Shown here in pieces: positions 41,193 through 49,967 of a stretch of DNA of 64,000 bases. Within the stretch, counting starts at the first letter, position 1; each line of letters begins with the position of its first letter. The notes below the pieces were generated by a model. That model worked only from the letters and a program-made list of their open reading frames with translations, was not told the DNA's origin and did no database searches. Location of the stretch: positions 4,225 through 68,224 of the forward strand of contig JBBIML010000008.1 of assembly GCA_037444405.1 (NCBI GenBank), read 5' to 3'. The translations under genes were made by a program, and so were the position numbers. This DNA comes from Armatimonadota bacterium (GTDB taxonomy: Bacteria > Armatimonadota > Fimbriimonadia > Fimbriimonadales > GBS-DC).

Positions 41193-41723
41193 CTACACCT
41201 TCCACTTAATCGTGCAGCCAATTGGTGGGGTTTGGGAGTAGTGGGGCACTTCGTTATTCAGCAGGGCGATAATCGCGTTGCGCACGAACTCCTGCCGTAC
41301 CTGGTCAGGGTTCTCCCAGTTGTCGTCGAAGCGTCCGTGATATTTCAGCTCGCGCTCCTCGTCAAACACGAAGAACTCGGGCGTGCGCGTTGCCTGATAA
41401 GCGCGAGCCACGCTCTGGGTCTCGTCGAACAGATAGGGGAAGGGGTAGCCCTTCTCCTCAGCGCGTTTTTTCATCTCCTCGAAGCTGTCTTCGGGGTATT
41501 GCGTCGGGTCGTTCGAATTAATCGCGACGAAAGCCACGCGGTCGCCGAACTCCTTCGCCAGTGCGATCACGCGATCTTCGTAGGCTTTCACATAAGGGCA
41601 GTGATTGCACCAGAAGAACAGCACCAGCACTGGCTTATCGGCAAAGTCTTTCAGCGAATAGGTCTTGCCATCCACACCAGGCAGTGAAAAGTCGTAAGCC
41701 GAATGACCGATTTCAAGTGCCAT
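41193..41723 (-). CDS. Thioredoxin-like redoxin (AhpC/TSA family)
   Basis: FSLPGVDGK, FWCNHCPY, AINSND, FPYLFDETQ, ATRTPEFF, IGCTIKW. Confidence 0.9.
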   Translation of the reverse strand: MALEIGHSAYDFSLPGVDGKTYSLKDFADKPVLVLFFWCNHCPYVKAYEDRVIALAKEFGDRVAFVAINSNDPTQYPEDSFEEMKKRAEEKGYPFPYLFDETQSVARAYQATRTPEFFVFDEERELKYHGRFDDNWENPDQVRQEFVRNAIIALLNNEVPHYSQTPPIGCTIKWKV

Positions 41724-42042
41724 CGTTGCTCACCTCCTTCGCTTGACGGATTGCCTGTCGGAGCATGGTCAGCGAGGGCAGGGGCGACAGGCGTCCATCT
41801 TCGTGGACGAAGGTGCGACAGGTCAGGCGGTAGGGCAGTTCGGGGTGAGGGTCCACCTCGATGCCGTCGATGCGGATGGTGGGCGAGCCGATGAAGCGGT
41901 GTTGCTCCGCCTGCGCCTGCGTGTCGATGCGGATAATCTCTATCGGCGCATCGACGCCCTCGGCTCGCAGTGCCTCCCTCAACAGCTCCAGCGCCCGCTC
42001 GTGCGAGGGGCATTCAGGGTAGTACAGCAGTTCGATTCGCAC
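41713..42042 (-). CDS. Small thioredoxin-fold protein (DUF2703-like)
   Basis: IELLYYPECPSH, FIGSPTIRIDG, LTCR. Confidence 0.7.
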   Translation of the reverse strand: MRIELLYYPECPSHERALELLREALRAEGVDAPIEIIRIDTQAQAEQHRFIGSPTIRIDGIEVDPHPELPYRLTCRTFVHEDGRLSPLPSLTMLRQAIRQAKEVSNDGT

Positions 42043-42063
42043 CTGCGCACCTCCAGTTCTATT

Positions 42064-42438
42064 TTACCCGCGAATCCAGCCGTTGCGTTTGAGCCAGTGC
42101 AGGGCGGCAGCGGCATAGCGTCGCGAGCTTCGCGTCAGGTCGCGCACCTTCGCGACGGTGAGAGGCTCTGGCAGCGTGCGCAGCTGCTCCGCAAGTTGCT
42201 GGAGCGTGTCGATGGGGAAGTAGATGCCTTCGCCCGCATCGACAAACTCGCCCCGTTCGATGCCAATCTGAATCATCGCGCGGATGGCGTCGGGCGGCGC
42301 GCCGATCAGCCGCGAGGCGCGATGTATCGACGGCACCGCGATGCCTGCCTCCCGATAGAGCGCCTGCACCCGCTGATAAAGTGCCTCTTGCCGCCGTGTG
42401 CGTTTGCCATGCTCAACCCTGACCTGTTTGCTTTGCAT
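42064..42438 (-). CDS. Stand-alone SelB C-terminal-like winged-helix protein
   Basis: GEFVDAGEGIYF...LTVAKVRDLTRSSRRYA resembles the last SelB winged-helix domains; no GTPase domain. Confidence 0.65.
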   Translation of the reverse strand: MQSKQVRVEHGKRTRRQEALYQRVQALYREAGIAVPSIHRASRLIGAPPDAIRAMIQIGIERGEFVDAGEGIYFPIDTLQQLAEQLRTLPEPLTVAKVRDLTRSSRRYAAAALHWLKRNGWIRG

Positions 42439-42444
42439 AGTTTG

Positions 42445-42470
42445 ATAGTACCCGGACAGCGAGGTACAAT
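42445..42470. promoter_or_regulatory. Back-to-back -10 elements for two leaderless divergent genes
   Basis: Minus GG-TACTAT, 6 nt, ATG(42438); plus GG-TACAAT, 7 nt, GTG(42478). Confidence 0.65.
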
Positions 42471-42477
42471 AGCGGTT

Positions 42478-43617
42478 GTGGGCGAGCCGAAGCGGATTGT
42501 GGTGCTGACAAGGGCGGGATTAGGCGACGCCGTCTATGTGATCCCGGCGTTGCGGGCGCTGCGGCGCCGCTATCCGCAGGCACACATCACGGTCATCACG
42601 GGCAATCGCGGCTACCCGCTGCTCCAGCGATGTCCTTATCTGGACACACTCCAGTTGCGGCATCTGGGCAACGGGTTGATGGGCAAGCTGCGCGAGATTA
42701 TACGCCTGCGCAGGGGACACTATGACCTCGCTGTGATCCTGGACAACAGCGACGAGAAGACCCTGCACGCTTTTCTGGCGGGCATCCCGCGTCGGGTGGG
42801 CGGCGCCAAGCGCTACTTCAGCCGCCTGCTGACCGATGCCGTGCCTGTTGACCCTGATGCGCACCAGATCAACGATCTCAATCGGGCGATTGTGGCGCGG
42901 CTGGGCTGCGACGTGTCGGACTGGCGGCTGGAGCTGTTCCCCAATCCCAAAGCGGAGGCGACGGCACGGGGCAAGCTGGAGCAGACTGGCTGGCGCGGGG
43001 AGCGACCGCTGGTGGGCATCAATCCAGGCGCCAGCGCGCCCAACAAGCGATGGTTTCCCGAACGGTTCGCTCAGGTCGCCGACGCCCTACTCGAAGCGGG
43101 GGTGCATGTGGTGCTGTTCGGTGCGAGGTCGGACCTGCCGCAGGTTCAGGCGGTTCTGCAGGCGATGCGCCAGACGCCGATTAATCTCGCCGCGCAGTTG
43201 AGCCTGGATGAGTTGATCGTGTGTCTGGGTCTGCTCGATGCGCTTGTCAGTGGCGACACGGGACCAGCGCATCTGGCGGCGGCGATGGGCACGCGCGTGG
43301 TGGGGCTTTTTGGACCTAGCTCCGCCCGCCACTTCGCCCCGATTGGTGAGGGGCATGTGTTTATTGATCGCTCCTCGCTCTGCGCGCCGACATGCAGCTT
43401 CTGGACATGTCGGGGCGATAATCGGGCATGCATGCGCTCGATCACGGCGCACGAGGTATTACAGCGGGTGAGTGAACTGTTGAGCGCTTCGCCAGTTGCT
43501 TCTCAATGTGTTGAATCGCGAACTCCGCCCGCCTTTCCCACGAATGAGGAGCCACTGCCTCCAGCCTCTGCCGCTGTAGAACGGGATCATGAGCGGTCTG
43601 CAATGCCTCCTCAATAA
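42478..43617 (+). CDS. Glycosyltransferase family 9 (heptosyltransferase-like)
   Basis: GLGDAVYVIPALRAL, INPGAS, KRWFPERF, VSGDTGPAHLAAA. Start reassigned to GTG 42478. Confidence 0.9.
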   Translation: MGEPKRIVVLTRAGLGDAVYVIPALRALRRRYPQAHITVITGNRGYPLLQRCPYLDTLQLRHLGNGLMGKLREIIRLRRGHYDLAVILDNSDEKTLHAFLAGIPRRVGGAKRYFSRLLTDAVPVDPDAHQINDLNRAIVARLGCDVSDWRLELFPNPKAEATARGKLEQTGWRGERPLVGINPGASAPNKRWFPERFAQVADALLEAGVHVVLFGARSDLPQVQAVLQAMRQTPINLAAQLSLDELIVCLGLLDALVSGDTGPAHLAAAMGTRVVGLFGPSSARHFAPIGEGHVFIDRSSLCAPTCSFWTCRGDNRACMRSITAHEVLQRVSELLSASPVASQCVESRTPPAFPTNEEPLPPASAAVERDHERSAMPPQ

Positions 43618-44599
43618 GGTCGAGAAACCCCTCTTTGTTCTGGGCGCACCATACCACATCGGCAAAGGTGGACAAGTCGGGCACTGGTGTGCTGACCACG
43701 GCACGACCCGCTGCCAGATACTCGTAGAGTTTGAGCGGGCTGGCGCCCAGCGTAATCGCGTTGTCCTTGAAGGGCACAAGACACACATCCAGCCCCTTGA
43801 GATAGGCGGGTATCTGGTGATAAGGGCGTTGACCGATTAGATAGAGGTTGGACGGCAAATTGGTTGGATGCCAGTCAACCTTCGGACCTATTACCGCGAA
43901 GCTCCAATCAGGACGGCATCGTGCCAGGCTCAGCAAGAGATCGATGTCAATCCATTTGGGGTGGAGCCATCCTACAAAGCCGATTCGTGGTGAGGGCAGC
44001 GCCCTGAGATCAGCGGGAATCGGAGTTGAATCATGGAGCGCTTGAGCAAAAAAGGTAGTGTCCACAGCGTTTGGCAGCAGAACCGCCTCACGCCCGTTTC
44101 GCCGATGTTGCTCCTGCAGATAAGGCGAAACAACAAAAATCAGATCGGCTATCTGCTCCAGCGACCGTTCCAGCCTGGCAAGAGTAGCGTCCATCGCGCC
44201 GAAATCGTCCAGGCGGTGATAGCAGGTCAGCACAGGGCGAAGCATCCGATGGAGCCAGAGAGCCAGCTCGCTGTTAGAGACCCACAGCACCAGCGGCTCG
44301 GAGGTAAACGGGCGCAGTTGCCGCAAGCTGCGCCATCCTTCCAAAGCTATTTTTAGTGAGGAACGCCACCGACGCGGCACAAATCGCAACGCGCCGGGAG
44401 CAACCACCGAAAGCACCCGTATGTTGGCTTCAGAAAGACGCCAGCGAGCCGATTCACGACGCCACAGCAACCACTGCGTGCCCGACATCAATGGATTAAG
44501 GTAGATTACAGGCACATGACGCGCCAGCGCCATAGAAAGGTGGTAGGGCGTGCCCCTATCCGGGCGAAACACCACATGTCCCACATGCACGATTACCAT
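43442..44599 (-). CDS. Glycosyltransferase (GT-B, TuaH-like)
   Basis: LPNAVD, RIGFVG, YLKGLDVCLVPF, SPLKLYEYLAAGRAVVST. Confidence 0.88.
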   Translation of the reverse strand: MVIVHVGHVVFRPDRGTPYHLSMALARHVPVIYLNPLMSGTQWLLWRRESARWRLSEANIRVLSVVAPGALRFVPRRWRSSLKIALEGWRSLRQLRPFTSEPLVLWVSNSELALWLHRMLRPVLTCYHRLDDFGAMDATLARLERSLEQIADLIFVVSPYLQEQHRRNGREAVLLPNAVDTTFFAQALHDSTPIPADLRALPSPRIGFVGWLHPKWIDIDLLLSLARCRPDWSFAVIGPKVDWHPTNLPSNLYLIGQRPYHQIPAYLKGLDVCLVPFKDNAITLGASPLKLYEYLAAGRAVVSTPVPDLSTFADVVWCAQNKEGFLDLIEEALQTAHDPVLQRQRLEAVAPHSWERRAEFAIQHIEKQLAKRSTVHSPAVIPRAP

Positions 44600-44629
44600 T
44601 GCCCTACAGCCGATCTCCGCTTTTGTGAT

Positions 44630-45265
44630 TCAGACCCGATAAGCTAGCAGCACGCCGTCGCGAACAGGCACAAGGCTGGTGATAAAGTCAGGGTCGGCGA
44701 GCAGCATGCGAGTGAGCGTGCGCACGCCTTCGGTGGCAGGCGAGCGGTTCTCCAGGTCAAAAATCTCCCCATGCCGCAGCGCGTTATCCACCAGCAGCAA
44801 ACCGCCTGAGCGCAACTTCGGCTTGATGGCAGGTAGAGAGTCGGGATACATCTGCTTGTCGATATCGTTGAAGATGATATCGAACGGTCCTTCGGTGCGT
44901 TGCAGGCAAGCGATGGCTTCGCTCACCTCGAAGCGCACGAGATCCGCCAGCCCCAGCTGTCCCAGATATTCGCGGGCATCGCGCGAGAGCGACTCGTCCC
45001 ACACCACATGATAGACCTCGCCACCGCCGTTCTCGCGCACGCCCATCGCGAACCAGGCGGTGGAATAGCCGTAGCCTGAACCCAGTTCGAACACGCGCCG
45101 CGCCCCTGTCAGGCGGGTCAGCAGATAGAACAGATGCCCCACCACGGGACCCACTATCGGGAAGCGCGTTTCGGCTGCCCGGCGCTCCATCTCCTGCAGA
45201 ACGGGATGGCGTACCGGCACCAGCGACTCCAAATACGGCATCAGCTGCGGATGATAGAGTTCCAT
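44630..45265 (-). CDS. SAM-dependent O-methyltransferase
   Basis: FELGSGYGYS, FDIIFNDIDK, GGLLLVDN, VRDGV. Confidence 0.88.
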   Translation of the reverse strand: MELYHPQLMPYLESLVPVRHPVLQEMERRAAETRFPIVGPVVGHLFYLLTRLTGARRVFELGSGYGYSTAWFAMGVRENGGGEVYHVVWDESLSRDAREYLGQLGLADLVRFEVSEAIACLQRTEGPFDIIFNDIDKQMYPDSLPAIKPKLRSGGLLLVDNALRHGEIFDLENRSPATEGVRTLTRMLLADPDFITSLVPVRDGVLLAYRV

Positions 45266-45267
45266 GG

Positions 45268-46113
45268 CTAAAACCCGAACAGTGTTTCGACGGCGCCCGA
45301 CGGGCGAATGTCAAAATATTTACGCACCCCGTACGATTCGCACACCTTCATCAGCTCCACATCGGCATTAATGAGCTTCTGATCCACATCGGATTGAGCC
45401 GTGCCGCGCATATTCATCAGGCGGTTGAGGTCCTGCTTCTGCATGGCGTCTTCGATCTGGAGCATGAAGGTAACATAGCTGCTGAGCGCAGCGTCGTAGG
45501 TGTCGGCTAACACGCGGCACTCAGCGGGCGGCGGCACAGAGCGATATTCGCGCAGCAGCCCTGCCCAATCCTGCTGATAACGCTGATAGCCCTGCTGCAG
45601 GTTTTGCATTTTTTCCTGTTGCTTCTCCTCGTCCAGTTCCAGTTTGAGCGCTAAGGCGTCTTTAAGCATTTCCAGCGCGGGATTGAAGTTGCGCTCCATC
45701 GTGCGGCGTTTCATCTCGATGCGGCGCAGGTGTTCGAGCCAGTTGATAACATGCTGGGGCGCCTGTTTGGGCTGGGGCGTCTCGGTTTGCAGCACGCTGG
45801 GACCCGACGGCTTTGGCGCTTCGGCTTGCAGCACGCTGGGCGCTGGGGGCTTGGGCGCCTCCGCCTCCAGCACGCTGGGACCCGCAGGCTTTTTCACCTG
45901 CGCCCGGGTGAGCAGTCCGCTGCGGATGCCGATGAAGGCGACAGCCCCCAGCAGCACCAGCACTCCCAACGCGAGCGCGAGCCACCGGAGTGCGCGACTA
46001 CTGCTGGAGCTAACGGGCGGGCTGCTCATCAGCGTGGCTGTGAGCGGGCGACCGCAGCGCAGACAGAACTGCGCGTTCTCTGGCAACGGCTGCCGACAGT
46101 TCGGACATTGCAC
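45268..46113 (-). CDS. Zinc-ribbon membrane protein with a Pro-rich repeat linker
   Basis: CPNC...CLRC, one TM, three 13-aa repeats, helical C-terminus. Confidence 0.7.
   Translation of the reverse strand: MQCPNCRQPLPENAQFCLRCGRPLTATLMSSPPVSSSSSRALRWLALALGVLVLLGAVAFIGIRSGLLTRAQVKKPAGPSVLEAEAPKPPAPSVLQAEAPKPSGPSVLQTETPQPKQAPQHVINWLEHLRRIEMKRRTMERNFNPALEMLKDALALKLELDEEKQQEKMQNLQQGYQRYQQDWAGLLREYRSVPPPAECRVLADTYDAALSSYVTFMLQIEDAMQKQDLNRLMNMRGTAQSDVDQKLINADVELMKVCESYGVRKYFDIRPSGAVETLFGF
45770..45890 (-). repeat. Three 39-bp coding tandem repeats
   Basis: cagcacgctggg recurs at 45790, 45829 and 45868. Confidence 0.8.
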
Positions 46114-46186
46114 TTTGCATGCACCTCCACTGGTTGGACTGCCCCATTATACCCGCTGTTCCGCTTCTTGAGGAGCGGAAAAGTTT

Positions 46187-46489
46187 TCAGAACTTCCATT
46201 GGCATAGCGGCATGCAGACACGTCCCCGCTCGTCAAAGGGCACGCCTTCCGCCTGCAGATGGGCGCGCTGGAGATTCGCCAGCATCGGGTCGCGGCGGGC
46301 GATGCGCAAAGTGCCGTCCGCGCCCACCACGCGCCACCAGGGCACATCGTCGGGCGCCAGCGCCATCCATCGCCCGACCTGACGCGCACTCAAGGCAGGG
46401 AACTGCTCTGCAATCTGCCCATAGCTGACCACGCGCCCTGCTGGCACCTTCCGCACCAGCGCATATACCTGCTCCGCCAGGCTTTGCAC
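46187..46489 (-). CDS. Alkyltransferase-like protein (ATL, YbaZ/MGMT family)
   Basis: VPAGRVVSYGQIA, ARQVG, PWWRVV (Trp where active MGMT has Cys). Confidence 0.88.
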   Translation of the reverse strand: MQSLAEQVYALVRKVPAGRVVSYGQIAEQFPALSARQVGRWMALAPDDVPWWRVVGADGTLRIARRDPMLANLQRAHLQAEGVPFDERGRVCMPLCQWKF

Positions 46490-46520
46490 CGTTCGGCTCG
46501 AAGGGGTATCATACCCGCTG

Positions 46521-47543
46521 ATGGCACGCTATCGGCTGGTGGAGCTGGCAGAACATGTGCGCGGCGTGGTGCGGGGCGATCCCGACCTGATGATTACGGG
46601 CATCAGCGGGCTGTCCGATGTGGCAGAAGGCGGCTTGACCTTCGCGGAAGATGAGCGCAACCTGCGCCTCGCGCTCCAGTCGCCCGCCGCCGCGATTATA
46701 ACCCGCCCGAACCTGGTGGAGAACCTGCGCTGTGAGAAGAGCCTGCTGCTCCATCCCCTGCCGCGACTGGCATTTGCCCACCTGCTGACACTCTTCAACC
46801 CTTTTGAGACCCCTGCGCCTGGCATTCACCCGACGGTCGTGATGGGCGACGATTGCGAGCTGGGCGACGAGGTGGCGCTGATGCCCTATGTGGTGCTGGG
46901 CAATCGCGTGCGACTCGGTTCGCGCGTGCGGGTCTATCCCTTCTGTTATATCGGCGACGATGTGCAGATTGGCGACGACACAGTGTTGTACCCGCATGTG
47001 GTGGTCATGCCACGCGTGCAGATTGGTCAGCGCGTGATTGTCCACCCGGGCGCCGTCATTGGCGGCGACGGCTTCGGCTATGTGCAACACGAGGGCGTCC
47101 ACCACAAAATCCCGCAGATTGGCACAGTGATTATCGAGGACGATGTGGAAATCGGTTGCAACACCTGCATCGATCGGGCAACGACAGGGGCAACCCATGT
47201 CGGGCGCGGCACCAAAATCGATAATCTGGTGCAGATTGCGCACAATGTGGAGATTGGCGAGCATTGCCTGCTGGTGTCGCAGGTGGGGATTGCGGGCAGC
47301 ACGGTGCTGGAAGACCATGTGGTGCTGGCGGGGCAGGTGGGTGTGAAGGACCATGTGCGCATCGGGCGCGGCGCGGTGGTGGGCGCACAGGGCGGTGTGT
47401 CCAAAAACCTGCCCCCGAACGGCGTCTACTGGGGCACGCCCGCGATTGCCCACCGCGAATGGCTACAGATTCTGGCGCATCTTTATAAACTGCCCGAACT
47501 GGTCAAGCGCGTGGACGAGCTGGAGAAAAAGGTCGGGCGATAA
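46521..47543 (+). CDS. lpxD: UDP-3-O-acylglucosamine N-acyltransferase
   Basis: Hexapeptide repeats, GGDGFG, KIPQIG, IDRAT, KIDNLVQIAHNV. Confidence 0.95.
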   Translation: MARYRLVELAEHVRGVVRGDPDLMITGISGLSDVAEGGLTFAEDERNLRLALQSPAAAIITRPNLVENLRCEKSLLLHPLPRLAFAHLLTLFNPFETPAPGIHPTVVMGDDCELGDEVALMPYVVLGNRVRLGSRVRVYPFCYIGDDVQIGDDTVLYPHVVVMPRVQIGQRVIVHPGAVIGGDGFGYVQHEGVHHKIPQIGTVIIEDDVEIGCNTCIDRATTGATHVGRGTKIDNLVQIAHNVEIGEHCLLVSQVGIAGSTVLEDHVVLAGQVGVKDHVRIGRGAVVGAQGGVSKNLPPNGVYWGTPAIAHREWLQILAHLYKLPELVKRVDELEKKVGR

Positions 47544-47632
47544 CCCCAAAACCCGTATTTTGACCGAAAAGAGTTGCCCATCGGCACGGCAGAATCCTCC
47601 ATAGCATATCACTTTCAGGGGAGGCTGTGACG

Positions 47633-47839
47633 ATGAGCTTCAAGGAAGCCCAGCAGTATGTTGGCACCACCTGCGAGGTGGCATGGCGCAACCGCCACGG
47701 GGAGATTCAGACGAAGCAGGTATTCGTGACCGATGTGACCTTCGTGCCGCTCTACGGGCTGTGCCTCATCACCGATTACGGCGAGATACGGCTCGACCGC
47801 ATCGTGAATGTGAATGTGCTGGAACGCAAGGCGGCATGA
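47633..47839 (+). CDS. Small hypothetical beta-rich protein (68 aa)
   Basis: GGGGAGG 8 nt before the ATG; protein-like composition ending EIRLDRIV. Confidence 0.6.
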   Translation: MSFKEAQQYVGTTCEVAWRNRHGEIQTKQVFVTDVTFVPLYGLCLITDYGEIRLDRIVNVNVLERKAA

Positions 47840-47902
47840 TTTTTGTGGGGCTGGAGTGTCCTGTTCAAGAAGCCTTTGGGATGAGATGCTCCAGCCGCAC
47901 CA

Positions 47903-48949
47903 CTAACTCTCTTCACTTAGCAGCTGGATAAAGAGCGTTTCGGTGAGCAGCTGGGGGTTCGCGTTGCGCAGGATGGCGCGGCGCGCCTCCACGATGGCGG
48001 TCAGATCGCGCAGGCGGCGGTCGGGCGTGAAGCGGCGAGCCAGCTGCATCAGCGATTCGCGCGTCCCCTGCTGCAGCGCCCCCACCAGGCTGTCGCGATA
48101 CCAGCGCAGCAAGTAGTCCAGCCCGAGCGCCAGTGCGCTGCGTGCGGAGCGGTCGGGCGTGCTGGCTTCTAACTGCCTGCACGCCTCCCGAAACCGCTCG
48201 GCAAGGTGGAGCGCGTCGGGCAAAGATGCCTGCGCAAGGTGGGCAAACAGCGCGTGCAGGGTCTGCACGGCGTGCCATTCCGAGTCGCGCTGGCGTGCGG
48301 ACGGCTCGCCGAGCGATTCTGCCCAGCGGACAGCTCGCCCCGGCGCGCCCTCCGCCAGCATCGCCAGCTGCCGTGCCAACTCTGGCTCCAGCCCGAACCG
48401 CGCCTGCAACCGCGCTGCCAGTTCATCAACAGGCAGGGTCGCCAGCCGAAGAATGCGGCAGCGGGAGCGGATCGTCGTTAGCAGCAGGTCGCTGGCGGTG
48501 GTAGTCAACATGAAGGCGTAGCGTTCGGGCGGCTCCTCCAGCGTTTTGAGCAGGGCGTTCGCGGCTGCAGGGTTCAGACGGTGCGCCTCCTCCACAATCA
48601 CGATTCGGAACGGTGCGAGCGCGGGCGCAAAGCCCATCCACTGCCGAACCTCGCGCACAGCGTCGATTTTAATTTGGTCCGGATCGGGGCGCAACACGCG
48701 CACATCGGGATGCTGCCCTTCCTCGGACCAGCGCAGACACACGGCGCAGGCGGCGCAGTGCCCCTCGGGTGTGCGATTCGGGCAGAGCCACGCGGCGGCG
48801 AGGGCGTATGCCAGCGTGCGCTTGCCGACACCTTCCGCTCCCACCAGCAGCAACGCATGGGGCGGCTGCGGTCGACTCAGCAGCCGCTGGATGACCACCA
48901 CCGTCGCCTCTGGCGCCAGCCATAACTCACCGAACCGTTGTGGGCACAT
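47903..48949 (-). CDS. holB: DNA polymerase III delta-prime subunit
   Basis: HALLLVGAEGVGK, Zn motif C..C..C, HPDV, AANALLKTLEEPP, TIRSRC. Confidence 0.93.
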   Translation of the reverse strand: MCPQRFGELWLAPEATVVVIQRLLSRPQPPHALLLVGAEGVGKRTLAYALAAAWLCPNRTPEGHCAACAVCLRWSEEGQHPDVRVLRPDPDQIKIDAVREVRQWMGFAPALAPFRIVIVEEAHRLNPAAANALLKTLEEPPERYAFMLTTTASDLLLTTIRSRCRILRLATLPVDELAARLQARFGLEPELARQLAMLAEGAPGRAVRWAESLGEPSARQRDSEWHAVQTLHALFAHLAQASLPDALHLAERFREACRQLEASTPDRSARSALALGLDYLLRWYRDSLVGALQQGTRESLMQLARRFTPDRRLRDLTAIVEARRAILRNANPQLLTETLFIQLLSEES

Positions 48950-48961
48950 AAAGGATAACTT

Positions 48962-49927
48962 TCAACGGGAACCCTGTACCACCACATCGGCGAGCGGGCG
49001 ACCCTCGATGAAGCGCAACACATTCTGGATCACGCCCTGTGCGATGCGCCCCTGCGCCTCCTGCGTGACGCCCGCGCCGTGCGGGGTCAGAATCACATTT
49101 GGCAACTTCAGCAGGGGATGGTCGGGAGGCGGCGGCTCCGTCGAGAAGACATCGATCGCGGCGCCGCCAAGATGGGTCTGCAGCGCTTCCACGAGAGCCT
49201 GCTCGTCCACCAGCTCCGCCCGCGCCGTGTTGATGAGAAACGCGCCCCGCTTCATTCGGAAGAGCCGCTCGCGATGGAGTATCCCGCGCGTCTCCGGCGT
49301 CAACGGCAAATGCAGGCTCACAATATCGCTTTCGGCGAGCAGGCTGTCCAAATCGAGCAGGGTTGCGCCCAGCGCGTCTTCCTGATCGGGGGTCAGGGGC
49401 TGCGCGTCGTAGTAGAAGAGCGTGACGCCGAAGGGCAAGAGTCGTGCGGCGACCGCGCGCCCGATGCGTCCCATGCCGACGATGCCCACCGTTTTGCCCT
49501 GCAGGTCGCGTGCGTGCGCCATCCAGTAGGGCAGCGCCCACTCGCCCCGCGCCATCTGGTTATGCGCGGGGATCAGCCCTCTCATTAATGCGAGCGCGAC
49601 CATCACCACATGCTCGGCGACGCAGACCGTGTTCGCGCCCGTGACGGCAGCGACCGTGATGCCCAGCTCGCGCGCCGCCTCGATATCCACATGGTCTGTG
49701 CCGACGCCCGCCACCTGAATAAAACGCAAACGGCTTGCCCGCTGAAGCATCGCGCGCGTGAGGGGCGTGAATGCGGTCGAAATCAGCACCTCCGCATCGG
49801 GCAGGTGCGGCTCCAGCTCGTCGGCGTTCGTTGCCAGCTCCACCGTATGACCCTGAAACAGCGCACGCACCATGCCAATCTGCGCCTGCACCTGCTCCGA
49901 CGCAGGCAGAATCGCCACCACTTTCAT
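48962..49927 (-). CDS. D-isomer-specific 2-hydroxyacid dehydrogenase
   Basis: GVGTDHVD, VGIVGMGRIG, LINTARA, DVFSTEP, LTPHGAG. Confidence 0.9.
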   Translation of the reverse strand: MKVVAILPASEQVQAQIGMVRALFQGHTVELATNADELEPHLPDAEVLISTAFTPLTRAMLQRASRLRFIQVAGVGTDHVDIEAARELGITVAAVTGANTVCVAEHVVMVALALMRGLIPAHNQMARGEWALPYWMAHARDLQGKTVGIVGMGRIGRAVAARLLPFGVTLFYYDAQPLTPDQEDALGATLLDLDSLLAESDIVSLHLPLTPETRGILHRERLFRMKRGAFLINTARAELVDEQALVEALQTHLGGAAIDVFSTEPPPPDHPLLKLPNVILTPHGAGVTQEAQGRIAQGVIQNVLRFIEGRPLADVVVQGSR

Positions 49928-49967
49928 CGTTCACCTCCAGCGTTGAGTTCGCGCCTTCCGAAGTTCG

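Noticed and set aside
41193-42042. Selenoproteins next to the SelB-like gene
   Set aside because: No in-frame UGA at the redox motifs; both use Cys codons.
41743-42477. N-terminal 245 aa of the supplied 624-aa ORF
   Set aside because: It is antisense to two real genes; GT9 homology and a -10 box point to GTG 42478.
47581-47600. Sigma54 promoter (TCGGCACG) before the small ORF
   Set aside because: The -12 TTGC element is absent.
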